Source: a virus
Length of the DNA: 64,000 nt
Virus record (IMG/VR): IMGVR_UViG_3300008517_000034
Span: 11,936-75,935 of that record
Direction: 5' to 3' (one strand)
Shown here: positions 1 through 9,643 of the stretch, piece by piece
How the letters are laid out: every line of letters starts with the position of its first letter
Position numbering within the stretch: position 1 is the stretch's first letter
Position numbers and translations under genes: made by a program
The notes under the pieces: generated by a model
Database searches by the model: none
What the model saw: only the letters and a program-made list of their open reading frames with translations
What the model was told of the DNA's origin: nothing

Positions 1-1005
1 CTGATAAACTCCAGCTGCAGAAGAGAACGCATTTGTTACATACATCTTTAGACCGTCTGGCTTGAAAAATACCCCCGATGGGCTAGTAACCTGATTTGTT
101 ACACTAAAACTCTTATCATTATAAGAGGCGGTTGAAACGTCCCATGCTGTAGAAAGGGTATACTGAAAAACTGAATCATTAGATTGACCTGTTACGTACA
201 TTTCAGTACCATCTGGTTTAAAAAATAAGCCAAATGGATAAGGATCTTCAGATATAGTAAAACTCTTATTGTCATATGTAGCTGTAGATGGTTTCCATGC
301 TGTAGAGAGAGAATACTGGTAGACCGTTTTATTTGCGTAGCCTAGTACATACATTTTAAGTCCATCTGGTTTAAAAAATACCTGTACTGGAGTATCATCT
401 TCAGATATCCCCAAACTTTCTGCTCCTACTGTAAAAGTACTTATATCCCATGGAGTACCCTGTACCACATCTCCATCATCAACCCCTGATCGGTCTATTC
501 TAGAAGCATTTGCAATACGAGAAGCACCTAAAGTCACATAATAAACTGGGTCATAAAACTGAAATGAATACAAATATGCCGTGTCTGTTTTTTTTGCATA
601 AAATCGAACTCTTGCCTTAGTGACGAACTCAACGGTTCCTATGCTTTTCTCTTCCCAAATTTGATCACCAAAAACTCCCTCGTATAAATCATTCCACATA
701 TCATTGTAATACAAATCTATATCTATCAGATTAATGCCAGCTAATCCTTCCCAGTGTGCATAAAATCTTACTGCGCCACAATTGGGAACGTTCCTGATTA
801 ATTCAATGAAACTACTCCAAACCTTGGCTTCAGTAACCATGGTAGTCCCGGCAGTATTAAGATATCCATCACCTATTAACTCCTCATTTAACCATTGATT
901 ATCAGGATCATTATAATTCGAGGGATATTTCCAGAATCCTGTTTGAGCAAATACAGAAGTTACAAAGACTAAAACAAATAAAATAATTAACAATAATTTT
1001 TTCAT
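1..1005 (-). CDS. Putative receptor-binding/tail-associated protein with beta-propeller repeats and a signal-peptide-like N-terminus (3' end outside window)
   Basis: Not in ORF track; translated by hand from ATG 1005: MKKLLLIILFVLVFVTSVFAQTGFW..., open to base 1, with three repeats of FFKPDGx(K/E)MYV and YxLSTAWxxSTA. Confidence 0.8.
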   Translation of the reverse strand, partial: MKKLLLIILFVLVFVTSVFAQTGFWKYPSNYNDPDNQWLNEELIGDGYLNTAGTTMVTEAKVWSSFIELIRNVPNCGAVRFYAHWEGLAGINLIDIDLYYNDMWNDLYEGVFGDQIWEEKSIGTVEFVTKARVRFYAKKTDTAYLYSFQFYDPVYYVTLGASRIANASRIDRSGVDDGDVVQGTPWDISTFTVGAESLGISEDDTPVQVFFKPDGLKMYVLGYANKTVYQYSLSTAWKPSTATYDNKSFTISEDPYPFGLFFKPDGTEMYVTGQSNDSVFQYTLSTAWDVSTASYNDKSFSVTNQVTSPSGVFFKPDGLKMYVTNAFSSAAGVYQ

Positions 1006-1007
1006 GC

Positions 1008-2624
1008 TTAAATTTCTCCTACATCACAAGAAGGATTAAAAAATAAGATATCTGCTGATTTCGCTACTCCTACTCTTTGAACCTGGTCACCTGTTTCGGT
1101 CGGTGCAGTAGAAGTCATAGCCCCAGCAGTGAGGCCAACATAAACCATGGACCCAGCAAACTCGAAAGCGCTATCATCTCTTATATATCCCATAACAAGC
1201 ATTAGACAGGTCTGCCCATCTGATTTAGTTTCTAAAGCAACTCTTAATCCTGGCACAGTGTCTGCTGCATCTGCATCAGTCTTTTTCCATTCTTTGTCAG
1301 TCCAGTTGAAATAAAGTAAATCTCCAAAAACTACCGATTCACCGACTGGTTGGCTATCAGTTAATCCACTATAAGTATGGTCTGAGCCTAAAGCATTAGT
1401 TAAAATTAAAGTAGTATCAGTATTTTGAGCATGCTTCTTTGTTACCGCATTAGCCACATCTGTATCGGTATTAGTCCCCTGTTCCATAATCCCGGTGGCA
1501 TTATTTATCTTTGCAATTCTCCCAGCAGTAAAATCGCCAGTCTTAGTTACTTCATCAACTAATATTGCTTTAATCTTTGCATCAGAATCAACTGTTGGGT
1601 CTACTTCTGTGGCCACCTTTGTATCAGCATAGGCCTTGGTAGCTGCATCTTGTGCGTCTACCGGGTCAACTACATTAATTATTTTATGGGTTCCCATATT
1701 AAGGTCCTGGGTTTGTATCCCTAAAGCAGTATCTGTGTTTTGGCTATGCTTCTTAGTTACCGCATCCTCGATATTCGCTCCAGGAGAAGTTATATCTGCT
1801 AAATCCGCAGCATTATTACCAGACAAATCTAAGTTTTTAAGTAATGTCCAAGACTCAGCAGTAATACATTTATAAAATTTATCTGTATCAGTAGCTAAAT
1901 ATATATCTCCTACGGCAGGAGTAGCCGATTTACTGGCATCCAATCCCCTTTTAATCTTATCAACAGAAGCATTCCCTACCGTTCCAGATATATCTCCTCC
2001 TTGAGTTTCACTTCCTGAAGTATGTTTTTTGGTAACTGCATCTTTAACGTCTACTGCCGTAGAACTATTACCTATCCCGTCGTCAACGGTCTCGGCTTTA
2101 TCCACTATCTCATCGGTATCGGTATCATAAACTGCTTTTGTCATATCCCCGGCACCAGCAGGAGTTCCAAATTCTAAAGCAGTCTCTCCAGTATTAACTT
2201 TAGTATATTTACCCGCCTGTCCAGTATAATCAGCCGGAGTATCAGAGAGCTCCGTAAAAGTCTCACTTCCACCTGATTGAGTGGTTTCTGTCCAAACTGC
2301 AGCCCCATTAGTATTATCAAGACAAACATAAGATTTGTCATTTGTAATATCTAACCACCTACTGCCAGCTGTATAGCCCTCATCAACATCATTATTAACA
2401 GTAGGAGCAGACGTCGCATCAAATTTACACTTCACTACATTTGTGGCTGCAAGACCTGTATCCTCTCCGACTCCGTTTATACCATTAAACTTAACTAAAT
2501 TCCCATCGGTTATCGCACCTTGTATAGCCAATAATACCGTCGATACTGAAGAAGCATTTAAACAAACTAAAGAAATAATCAGTATAGGAATTATTAGCCA
2601 CAACCATTTTTTATTAAACTCCAT
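1008..2624 (-). CDS. Tail fibre-like protein with hydrophobic N-terminus
   Basis: T/G/D/A-rich; three (D/N)AVTKKH repeats; fibre-type motif DPVDAQDAATKAYAD; position after tail-tip genes. Confidence 0.7.
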   Translation of the reverse strand: MEFNKKWLWLIIPILIISLVCLNASSVSTVLLAIQGAITDGNLVKFNGINGVGEDTGLAATNVVKCKFDATSAPTVNNDVDEGYTAGSRWLDITNDKSYVCLDNTNGAAVWTETTQSGGSETFTELSDTPADYTGQAGKYTKVNTGETALEFGTPAGAGDMTKAVYDTDTDEIVDKAETVDDGIGNSSTAVDVKDAVTKKHTSGSETQGGDISGTVGNASVDKIKRGLDASKSATPAVGDIYLATDTDKFYKCITAESWTLLKNLDLSGNNAADLADITSPGANIEDAVTKKHSQNTDTALGIQTQDLNMGTHKIINVVDPVDAQDAATKAYADTKVATEVDPTVDSDAKIKAILVDEVTKTGDFTAGRIAKINNATGIMEQGTNTDTDVANAVTKKHAQNTDTTLILTNALGSDHTYSGLTDSQPVGESVVFGDLLYFNWTDKEWKKTDADAADTVPGLRVALETKSDGQTCLMLVMGYIRDDSAFEFAGSMVYVGLTAGAMTSTAPTETGDQVQRVGVAKSADILFFNPSCDVGEI

Positions 2625-2641
2625 TTTTAATCACTTCCTTC

Positions 2642-3736
2642 TTAATAGAAATTCGACAGGATTTGGGCATACCACTGTTCATCATTGGGCTTATAAGCTA
2701 ATCTAACTATATCTTCTCCGCCGGCAGCAGTCTGAAGAATTCCTAAAGTTCCTCCTGGCCACTTGACTAATTGCTGAACTGTATGAGTCCCTGTTCCCTG
2801 ATCTGTTAAATCTATCTGTGTCCCGGCGTGAGCATTAGCCTTCGAACTCGCTACCTTAATCTCGGTCGCACTAACACGGATTGCATAATAAATAGTATCT
2901 ACCCCTAAAGGATCTGGCAAAGTAGTTGTTGTTTTAAATCGAATTCTTGCGCCGGTAGGAATATCAATTGTCACATCTATAATATCTGTATCTGCATGAA
3001 CATTACCTGTGGCTATTGTCGCATCCGACTGAGTAACAATCTCATCCAGCACGCGACTACCGGTGCCATCTTGCGTAACTATTAATACAGCATTGATAGC
3101 TCCAGATGGTTTTGTAATAGTAATTGTGAAATTGTGCCCGGCTGTAAGAATGGCCTTATTGCCATTCTTCAAATCCCAAGCAATATTTGTACCAGAAGTC
3201 AGTACTTGCTCAGTAAAACTTACGGTATTCTCTTTAGCAAGTAATTCTTTACCTGCGTCAGTCATCTCAATCCCGGCTCCGGTCTTTAATTTTCCCGTTC
3301 CCTTCGGAGTTATAACTATATCAATATTGTCGTCCGTTCCGACAGCCTCTATTGTCAAAGCAACCCCGGTGGCTGAAGCTACATTTTTCAAGAAATTAAC
3401 CGCATCCACAATTGTGTGAAATTCTATGATCTCATTATCATTACCGTCAAGTATTTGATACTTACCTACACCCTTTGTCTTAATAATAAAATCTATATTA
3501 GTGTCCGTGCCTTCTGCTTTTGCCTGTGGACCACTATCGGCCGCTGCATTCTTCACAGTTATATAATTCACTGCATCGGCAGTCGCCTCAGTCTTGATTA
3601 ATGCCTTTTCATTCACGTCCACTATTCCATCAGAACCAACAAATAGCCGCTTAAACCAGCCCTTTAGCCAGTTCTTTGCAGAAGTTCCAACTTCTCCTTC
3701 TTCATTCGCTCTTGGCACTTGATTCGGAGTAGTCAT
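2642..3736 (-). CDS. Tail fibre/tail-tip structural protein
   Basis: Two internal repeats (A.GTD.NID..I..KG.GK), QDGTGSR fibre motif, inserted ~75-aa beta domain shared with two other structural genes. Confidence 0.7.
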   Translation of the reverse strand: MTTPNQVPRANEEGEVGTSAKNWLKGWFKRLFVGSDGIVDVNEKALIKTEATADAVNYITVKNAAADSGPQAKAEGTDTNIDFIIKTKGVGKYQILDGNDNEIIEFHTIVDAVNFLKNVASATGVALTIEAVGTDDNIDIVITPKGTGKLKTGAGIEMTDAGKELLAKENTVSFTEQVLTSGTNIAWDLKNGNKAILTAGHNFTITITKPSGAINAVLIVTQDGTGSRVLDEIVTQSDATIATGNVHADTDIIDVTIDIPTGARIRFKTTTTLPDPLGVDTIYYAIRVSATEIKVASSKANAHAGTQIDLTDQGTGTHTVQQLVKWPGGTLGILQTAAGGEDIVRLAYKPNDEQWYAQILSNFY

Positions 3737-3755
3737 TTTAAATCACCTTCCTTTC

Positions 3756-4619
3756 TTATACTTCTCTTGGGGTAATATCCCCATTTTCATCTATTTCAAA
3801 GAAAAAATTAATAGTATTAGGAACCTTAAGATCGGCAATGGGCATTAAATCATTGTTCGTGTCTCTTTCATGATAAACGTCCATTGGTCCAGGGTCCTCC
3901 GCCGGCATTACATCCCCATTATCATCATAATTAAACGCTAGAACCTTGCCCATTTCTGTTTTTGCACTTGGTGCCGCTAATAAACTTGAAAGTCTTGTCT
4001 TCTTCTTGGCATAACTCGCAACACTGTCCTCAATCAAAATAATATCATCATCGACGGGTGAGGCTTTTTCACTAAAAGTATTTATATCGCCCGCTTCTCT
4101 TTTCAATTGAGCATCATCTGTTACATTTTTTAAGGTTCTTCCCACAATAATCCATTCAACATTATTAGATCTCAAAATAAAGCAAGCGTATTGATAATTT
4201 AATCCCGTAAGAGTTGATTGTCCATCAATAGTCTCCGCTCCATTAGCACCCAAAGTTATCAAATTCGAATTATCGTCAGATTTATAAAACACATAATATC
4301 GTCCGCCATTTCCTACTGCTGTAGGTAAGTGCAAAGTATAAGGAGCTGCTGCGAAAAGTTTTATTATTCCACACTCAGCGATAGTAAGAGTTCCAGTCCC
4401 AGTTTTCGCAGTGACCCGATTAACATCAAATTCCAAACCATCTGTATCGTCCTTAGGGTAATGACCGTCTCCAAATTTTGTCTGCCCAAAAGTGTCAGCA
4501 ATATTATTCAGAATCTTTCTTAATTCATTAATAATATTTTTCTCATCAACATGATGAGCAGTCGTCACCTTGCCATTCACATCGGTTTGATAAAATTTAT
4601 GAATCGTCATAAACATCAA
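3756..4619 (-). CDS. Tail-associated structural protein
   Basis: Beta module TLHLPTA...ETIDG typical of fibre proteins; C-terminal triple repeat of D.N(G/N)D..P; context. Confidence 0.6.
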   Translation of the reverse strand: MMFMTIHKFYQTDVNGKVTTAHHVDEKNIINELRKILNNIADTFGQTKFGDGHYPKDDTDGLEFDVNRVTAKTGTGTLTIAECGIIKLFAAAPYTLHLPTAVGNGGRYYVFYKSDDNSNLITLGANGAETIDGQSTLTGLNYQYACFILRSNNVEWIIVGRTLKNVTDDAQLKREAGDINTFSEKASPVDDDIILIEDSVASYAKKKTRLSSLLAAPSAKTEMGKVLAFNYDDNGDVMPAEDPGPMDVYHERDTNNDLMPIADLKVPNTINFFFEIDENGDITPREV

Positions 4620-4622
4620 CTC

Positions 4623-7616
4623 CTATCCGCGTTCCAAATCCAAAACCGCTGTATAATCAATAGTCTCTGGCGTTTTGGTTAGACCAACACTATTAATCTT
4701 TTTAATTATCATTGATATCTGGTCCATAAGAACTGATGCTCCTTCACCATCTTCTTTAAAATGCACAACTCCCTCATCATCTTCCTTGAATAGAAGAGCA
4801 CCATAACTAAAATCGACCGTGTCCTCCCGCTCAAAAGGTAGCGGGGTAGGAAACGTAACGTTCATCCGCGTCTTCGCAAGTTTAAACCTATCTAAATAAT
4901 TATTCGCAATTACCTTAGCATTAGGATTCGCTTGGATCAAATGGTTAGTAATCGGTAATGTTTTCTTTCCCCCGCTAAAATCTATTACCCCCTGGCTGGC
5001 TAAAACCTCCGCAAAAACTTTTGTTGATATCTCCCGATAATCCTGACCATGAGGGCTAAAATGTGGGGTAGGATACTCATCCTCATCCTCTGTCCCCTCA
5101 GGATCAGTTGTAATTATTTCCACATCTCCTTCATAAATAATCCCTCCCACCACAATATAAGCATAAACATAATAGGTGGTATCGGGCAACAAATCTGGAA
5201 GCATCATGTTATATGATCCATTTGTAAAATTTCCATTTTCATGAACATCAAATTCATCAGCCGCTTCGGTAGTCCCATATCTAAATCCTCTCCTCGTTGC
5301 ATAGATCCCTTCAGGTAAATTTATAATACCCTCGTGTTTAATAACAGTTGTCTCTCCCACTGTAGGCGGAGCACCTCCACCTCCATTACCATTTGGTTCA
5401 TTTGTGAGATAAGTTCTCGATGGGGTTGAAAAATCCACTTCCTCTCCATAGACCCTCCCAAATTCGTTTGAAGCAAAAGCTCTACATTTATACGCCTTCC
5501 CTTCAATAAGACAATTATCTGCTACAGGCCAACCAAATTCCATTTCACCTATCGTTATTAAATAAGCTCCCACCTCTAAATCAAATGTTTCTAAAACTGT
5601 TTTTATTAAATCCCCCGCCCAATAAAAACTAGTTATAATGCCCACCTCATTTTCTACCGATTCACTCTCCAATTCACCTTCAAAGCCGGCAATCTCAAAT
5701 TTCCAAGAATCTCGAAGATTCCCTGAATATTCATGCTTAACTTCAAAACCTCGTTCTGTTAGATCTGATGCTCCTTTACTGACAACAGTTCCATTCCCAT
5801 CTGCCTTATTGTAATTGATACTTGTCATATCCTCTGTCGTAACCGTAGGAAGATTCTTCATCCAGCCGGATGCAACAAATTTCTCTGGTTCTTCAGCATC
5901 ATCTTTACAATATGCCCTAAACCACCAAATGATATTATCGGCAATATATTGCTGATTATACAATTCCCTGTTTTTCAAAGAATATTCACCATCAACGAAT
6001 CCGTCGGCTTTAGTCTCCTTCACCTCTGTCCCTGTATCCTCAGCAGCAGGTTCTGCTTCTTGTATTTTATATTCAAAGCCTCGCTCAACTATGGTCCCAA
6101 AGATATCTGAAATTTCGCCAGTTAATATTGTTCTTGCAAATACACGGTTATTTTCCGCTCCGATATTGGTTACAGTTGGAGGTGGAGGTGGCAGAGTAGT
6201 AAACTCTACCTCAGAGCCATATTGCCTTCCCCAACTATCTTCAGCAAATGCTCTATAATGGTATGTAGTTGAACCCTTAAATACTGCATAAGTTTTCCAG
6301 AAGTCACCGCTACTTTTTATTGGAGTATAATATACAGTTTGAACTTCTTCGGGATGGCCATCTTCATAATATTCAAAGCCCATACTTAATATAGTGGCTT
6401 GGTAGTTAGTTAATTTGCCTCTAAGATAAGCAGAATTGTATGTTACGTTTAATGGAGAATAAGTGTAAACACTTACAGGAGTCCAAAATTCTATAGAATT
6501 ACTACTATAACCATATTGCTCATTATATGCACAAGCCCATACATAATATTTCCATCCCCGGTATTGTAAATAAATATTGTCTCTTTCAAATATCCCAAGT
6601 TCGGTATTGGCTATATAAGACGGATTCGAAGGTTTATCTGGATCTGACATATTATAAGCATAACCAGTCCCTATTAGTGCCTTGCCACCATGAGCTGTAA
6701 CATTCCCGGTAATTTTATACCTATTTGTATATTCAATAGAGATTTCAAAAGATATTATAGAAACAGAAGGGGGTAAACATTCTACCATTAGATAGACAGG
6801 CCACGCCATAATATTTTCGTCATCTCCTGTGGGAGGAGAAGCTGCCAACTCTTTACTGCTCCGTAACATTAATTTAGTCAGGCCATTTTGTATCCAATTA
6901 AGAAAATCACCCCCAAGAGGCAAATTAAATGAATAGCCTCCCTTGCCTGTGACTAAAGTTTCACTTTCACCACCTATATCGCCATAATGGGTTTTATCAT
7001 AATCCCCACCCACTACAGGAACATGAGGGAAATCAGGTTGCCCACTCTGTACAACTATTTTAAAATCTGCTATTAGAGCTCCAAGATGAGTCCCACAAAA
7101 TGCTGCGCTCAAAATTCCTTCAGGAATTATTCCAGTCGTGTACCATATACCAGGAGACCTGAATATCCTATAATTAGACCCCCATTTTTGCTGACCTATC
7201 TGATTAGTTTTAACCAAACCTCCAGTGGCGGCATTATGAGCTATAGAGTAATCATCATTTGCAGCCTTTAGAGTTTGCAAATCATAAGAGCCTGTTGGAA
7301 GAAAGGCATATGTCTTGTATGTATTAGTAGTAACTGAATTCCAATCTGTATAATATGTATCTTCACCAACTCTTATACAAAGTCTCCAATAATATAAAGT
7401 GGTTTTTAATAATCCTGTTGCCTCTAAACAAGTCAAGCCGGTCGTAAAATGAGTATAATATTCAGTTCCTTTTTTAATATCTCCATCTGCTCCTTTTTTC
7501 CATTCTATATAACGGTAAAAATAGGTTTCTACATCAAAATGTAAATAAGCATAGCCAGTAAACTTGTTGTTGAATATTTGGTTTGCACCTATTTCATAAA
7601 AATCTATTACAGCCAA
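4623..7616 (-). CDS. Large tail-tip protein with FN3/Ig-like repeats and C-terminal hub-like segment
   Basis: Repeated (R/M)GFEY...YxxRAF/Y...YG motifs; TTG start with AGGAG upstream. Confidence 0.7.
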   Translation of the reverse strand: MAVIDFYEIGANQIFNNKFTGYAYLHFDVETYFYRYIEWKKGADGDIKKGTEYYTHFTTGLTCLEATGLLKTTLYYWRLCIRVGEDTYYTDWNSVTTNTYKTYAFLPTGSYDLQTLKAANDDYSIAHNAATGGLVKTNQIGQQKWGSNYRIFRSPGIWYTTGIIPEGILSAAFCGTHLGALIADFKIVVQSGQPDFPHVPVVGGDYDKTHYGDIGGESETLVTGKGGYSFNLPLGGDFLNWIQNGLTKLMLRSSKELAASPPTGDDENIMAWPVYLMVECLPPSVSIISFEISIEYTNRYKITGNVTAHGGKALIGTGYAYNMSDPDKPSNPSYIANTELGIFERDNIYLQYRGWKYYVWACAYNEQYGYSSNSIEFWTPVSVYTYSPLNVTYNSAYLRGKLTNYQATILSMGFEYYEDGHPEEVQTVYYTPIKSSGDFWKTYAVFKGSTTYHYRAFAEDSWGRQYGSEVEFTTLPPPPPTVTNIGAENNRVFARTILTGEISDIFGTIVERGFEYKIQEAEPAAEDTGTEVKETKADGFVDGEYSLKNRELYNQQYIADNIIWWFRAYCKDDAEEPEKFVASGWMKNLPTVTTEDMTSINYNKADGNGTVVSKGASDLTERGFEVKHEYSGNLRDSWKFEIAGFEGELESESVENEVGIITSFYWAGDLIKTVLETFDLEVGAYLITIGEMEFGWPVADNCLIEGKAYKCRAFASNEFGRVYGEEVDFSTPSRTYLTNEPNGNGGGGAPPTVGETTVIKHEGIINLPEGIYATRRGFRYGTTEAADEFDVHENGNFTNGSYNMMLPDLLPDTTYYVYAYIVVGGIIYEGDVEIITTDPEGTEDEDEYPTPHFSPHGQDYREISTKVFAEVLASQGVIDFSGGKKTLPITNHLIQANPNAKVIANNYLDRFKLAKTRMNVTFPTPLPFEREDTVDFSYGALLFKEDDEGVVHFKEDGEGASVLMDQISMIIKKINSVGLTKTPETIDYTAVLDLERG

Positions 7617-7666
7617 TTACCTTAATTCTCCTTTCTAAATAATTAAGCTCAAAATCTATACCCGTT

Positions 7667-9289
7667 TTAAAACGTTACTTCAATCCAAATCCATTTACCA
7701 AAAAACATTCCCTGCGAATTCCTCACAAATGCTCGAAACCAATGACCTACGCTCAGTGTCACGGTATGAACTCCAATTCCCCGATCAATTAAATCCATCT
7801 GAATTCCCGCTAAAGCATCATCTTTTGTTGCTGCCACCTGTATACGTGATGGATCTGTTTTAATGGCATAATATGCAGTCCCCGAAACCAAAGGATCGGG
7901 CAAGGTATCAGTTGAGCTAAAATGTATTTTTGAGCCGGTAGAAATGCTAAAGGAAACATTAATCTTATCTGTAGCAACACTAATATCGTAAATTGTTATA
8001 TTTCCGTCTTCAAGAACAAAATCCCTCAATTCCGACTCAGTCAATTGATGCTCAAACTGGCCAATCTCAAAAGAACCATTCTCATACCAGTCTCCGGTAG
8101 CAAGTAAAGCGACTCCCCACTGGAAGCCTCTTCTATTAACGCCACCTTTACCAACCGAATCAGTGACCCCATACATAACAGCAATCTCAAGATCGGAATC
8201 GACATTCGCTGCGTGGGTGGTTACAGTCGGTATTTTGACTAACTTCTTCCTCTCCTCACCTTTAACAATAATGTGATTCTTAACCTCACCGATCAACTCC
8301 CTACGGTTATTAACAGTAATGTTATCCACTGTAATTAATTTCACTGCAGCACCGACAACTGGAGGCGGTTTAAAAATAGGATTGCCATCATGATCAGGAT
8401 AGAATCGGTACCGGACCGCTTCCGCTACCAATCTCAGGGCTTCCAAACAGGTAGTTCCTTTGTTGAACCAAACCCTATCGATAATCTTACCCGTAGGAGT
8501 TACATAATCGCTATTTGCAAGCCAACCTGCTCGTTCATATTCACCCAAAAATCCAGCTTCAACCAAAATATCGGCAACTACTTCCTCCGGGACTTGAGAT
8601 TTAAAATAATAAACCACCAAATTATTAGTTCCGTTATAATAAGGAATAATATTTCTTAACAGCAAAAATATATTAGTTGTCCAATCGTAAGTCCAGCCCG
8701 AATTGAAAGTGATTTCCTTTAAGTGAGTGCCATTATAAGGGGATTTCGCATCGAGAAAAGCACGGTGAACTCCCGTACAACCTGTCGGCCCCGCCGGCAT
8801 TGGATATTCATCCTTACTATCATAAGTATTAAAAAATCTCTGAGTCCCCCAATAGACTTGCTTCATTCTATTTTCGATGAGCATTCTCATGAGGCATCTG
8901 CCAGTTATAGTACAAATCTCCTCGCCCGCCCCCTGAGTAAATTTAGGTTCATCGATCCTGCCAGTGATCCATTTCCAATGATAATTTGTATCGCTGATCC
9001 TGATTCCGATATGTAACCTGATCTTTCTTCCCTGACGTAACCAGTTATAATGCGTGGCCCCTGTATCGAGCCACGAGTATCTATCATTTGTGTTCAAACA
9101 GATTACAGTGAAACTGGAAGCTGAAAACAGCATTACTTCATCGATTAAATTGCTACTGATATTGCAAGATTTAACGTCTAGCAATTCCTGAAAATTATTC
9201 CACCCTGTCGTGTCAATTTCAACTTTGCCCACAATTACATGCGATTTAACATCGAAATCTGAAGTAGCTAAACCCTGTAAATTCTGCAT
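7667..9289 (-). CDS. Tail-tip hub (Tal/gp27-like) protein, N-terminal part
   Basis: Second gene after tape measure; GRKIRLHIG, YRFYPDHDGNPIFKP and VKNHIIVKG hub-like motifs; one FN3-like repeat. Confidence 0.65.
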   Translation of the reverse strand: MQNLQGLATSDFDVKSHVIVGKVEIDTTGWNNFQELLDVKSCNISSNLIDEVMLFSASSFTVICLNTNDRYSWLDTGATHYNWLRQGRKIRLHIGIRISDTNYHWKWITGRIDEPKFTQGAGEEICTITGRCLMRMLIENRMKQVYWGTQRFFNTYDSKDEYPMPAGPTGCTGVHRAFLDAKSPYNGTHLKEITFNSGWTYDWTTNIFLLLRNIIPYYNGTNNLVVYYFKSQVPEEVVADILVEAGFLGEYERAGWLANSDYVTPTGKIIDRVWFNKGTTCLEALRLVAEAVRYRFYPDHDGNPIFKPPPVVGAAVKLITVDNITVNNRRELIGEVKNHIIVKGEERKKLVKIPTVTTHAANVDSDLEIAVMYGVTDSVGKGGVNRRGFQWGVALLATGDWYENGSFEIGQFEHQLTESELRDFVLEDGNITIYDISVATDKINVSFSISTGSKIHFSSTDTLPDPLVSGTAYYAIKTDPSRIQVAATKDDALAGIQMDLIDRGIGVHTVTLSVGHWFRAFVRNSQGMFFGKWIWIEVTF

Positions 9290-9292
9290 GAA

Positions 9293-9643
9293 CTAAACCT
9301 CCACACCTTCAATTGTCGCTTCATACCCTGAGGGTATCCTCCGACTACGAACCGCACTAAATGGATTTCTGAATTTTATGCTATGATCAACACCATAGGA
9401 TTCTTCTTCTAATTGAACATTTAAGATATTTGATAAAACAAAGATTTCTTCTAAGACCAACTTTTCCGCATAAGTTAAATAAACAAATTCAAAAGAATAG
9501 ACCTTATACGAATTATGTGCTTCCTGAAATTTGATTTCCCCCGAGATAAGTCCATGCTCAGATTTTGGCACAATTGTATCAGAATTCACATTTACATAAT
9601 TAAAATCAACTTCTGACCCTAAAATGCCCAACTTGATAATCAT
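9293..9643 (-). CDS. Distal tail (Dit-like) protein
   Basis: 116 aa directly after tape measure; call is positional. Confidence 0.5.
   Translation of the reverse strand: MIIKLGILGSEVDFNYVNVNSDTIVPKSEHGLISGEIKFQEAHNSYKVYSFEFVYLTYAEKLVLEEIFVLSNILNVQLEEESYGVDHSIKFRNPFSAVRSRRIPSGYEATIEGVEV

Noticed and set aside
1-9289. Diversity-generating retroelement acting on tail genes
   Set aside because: No reverse transcriptase and no adenine-specific TR/VR pair seen; the repeats are diverged protein repeats.
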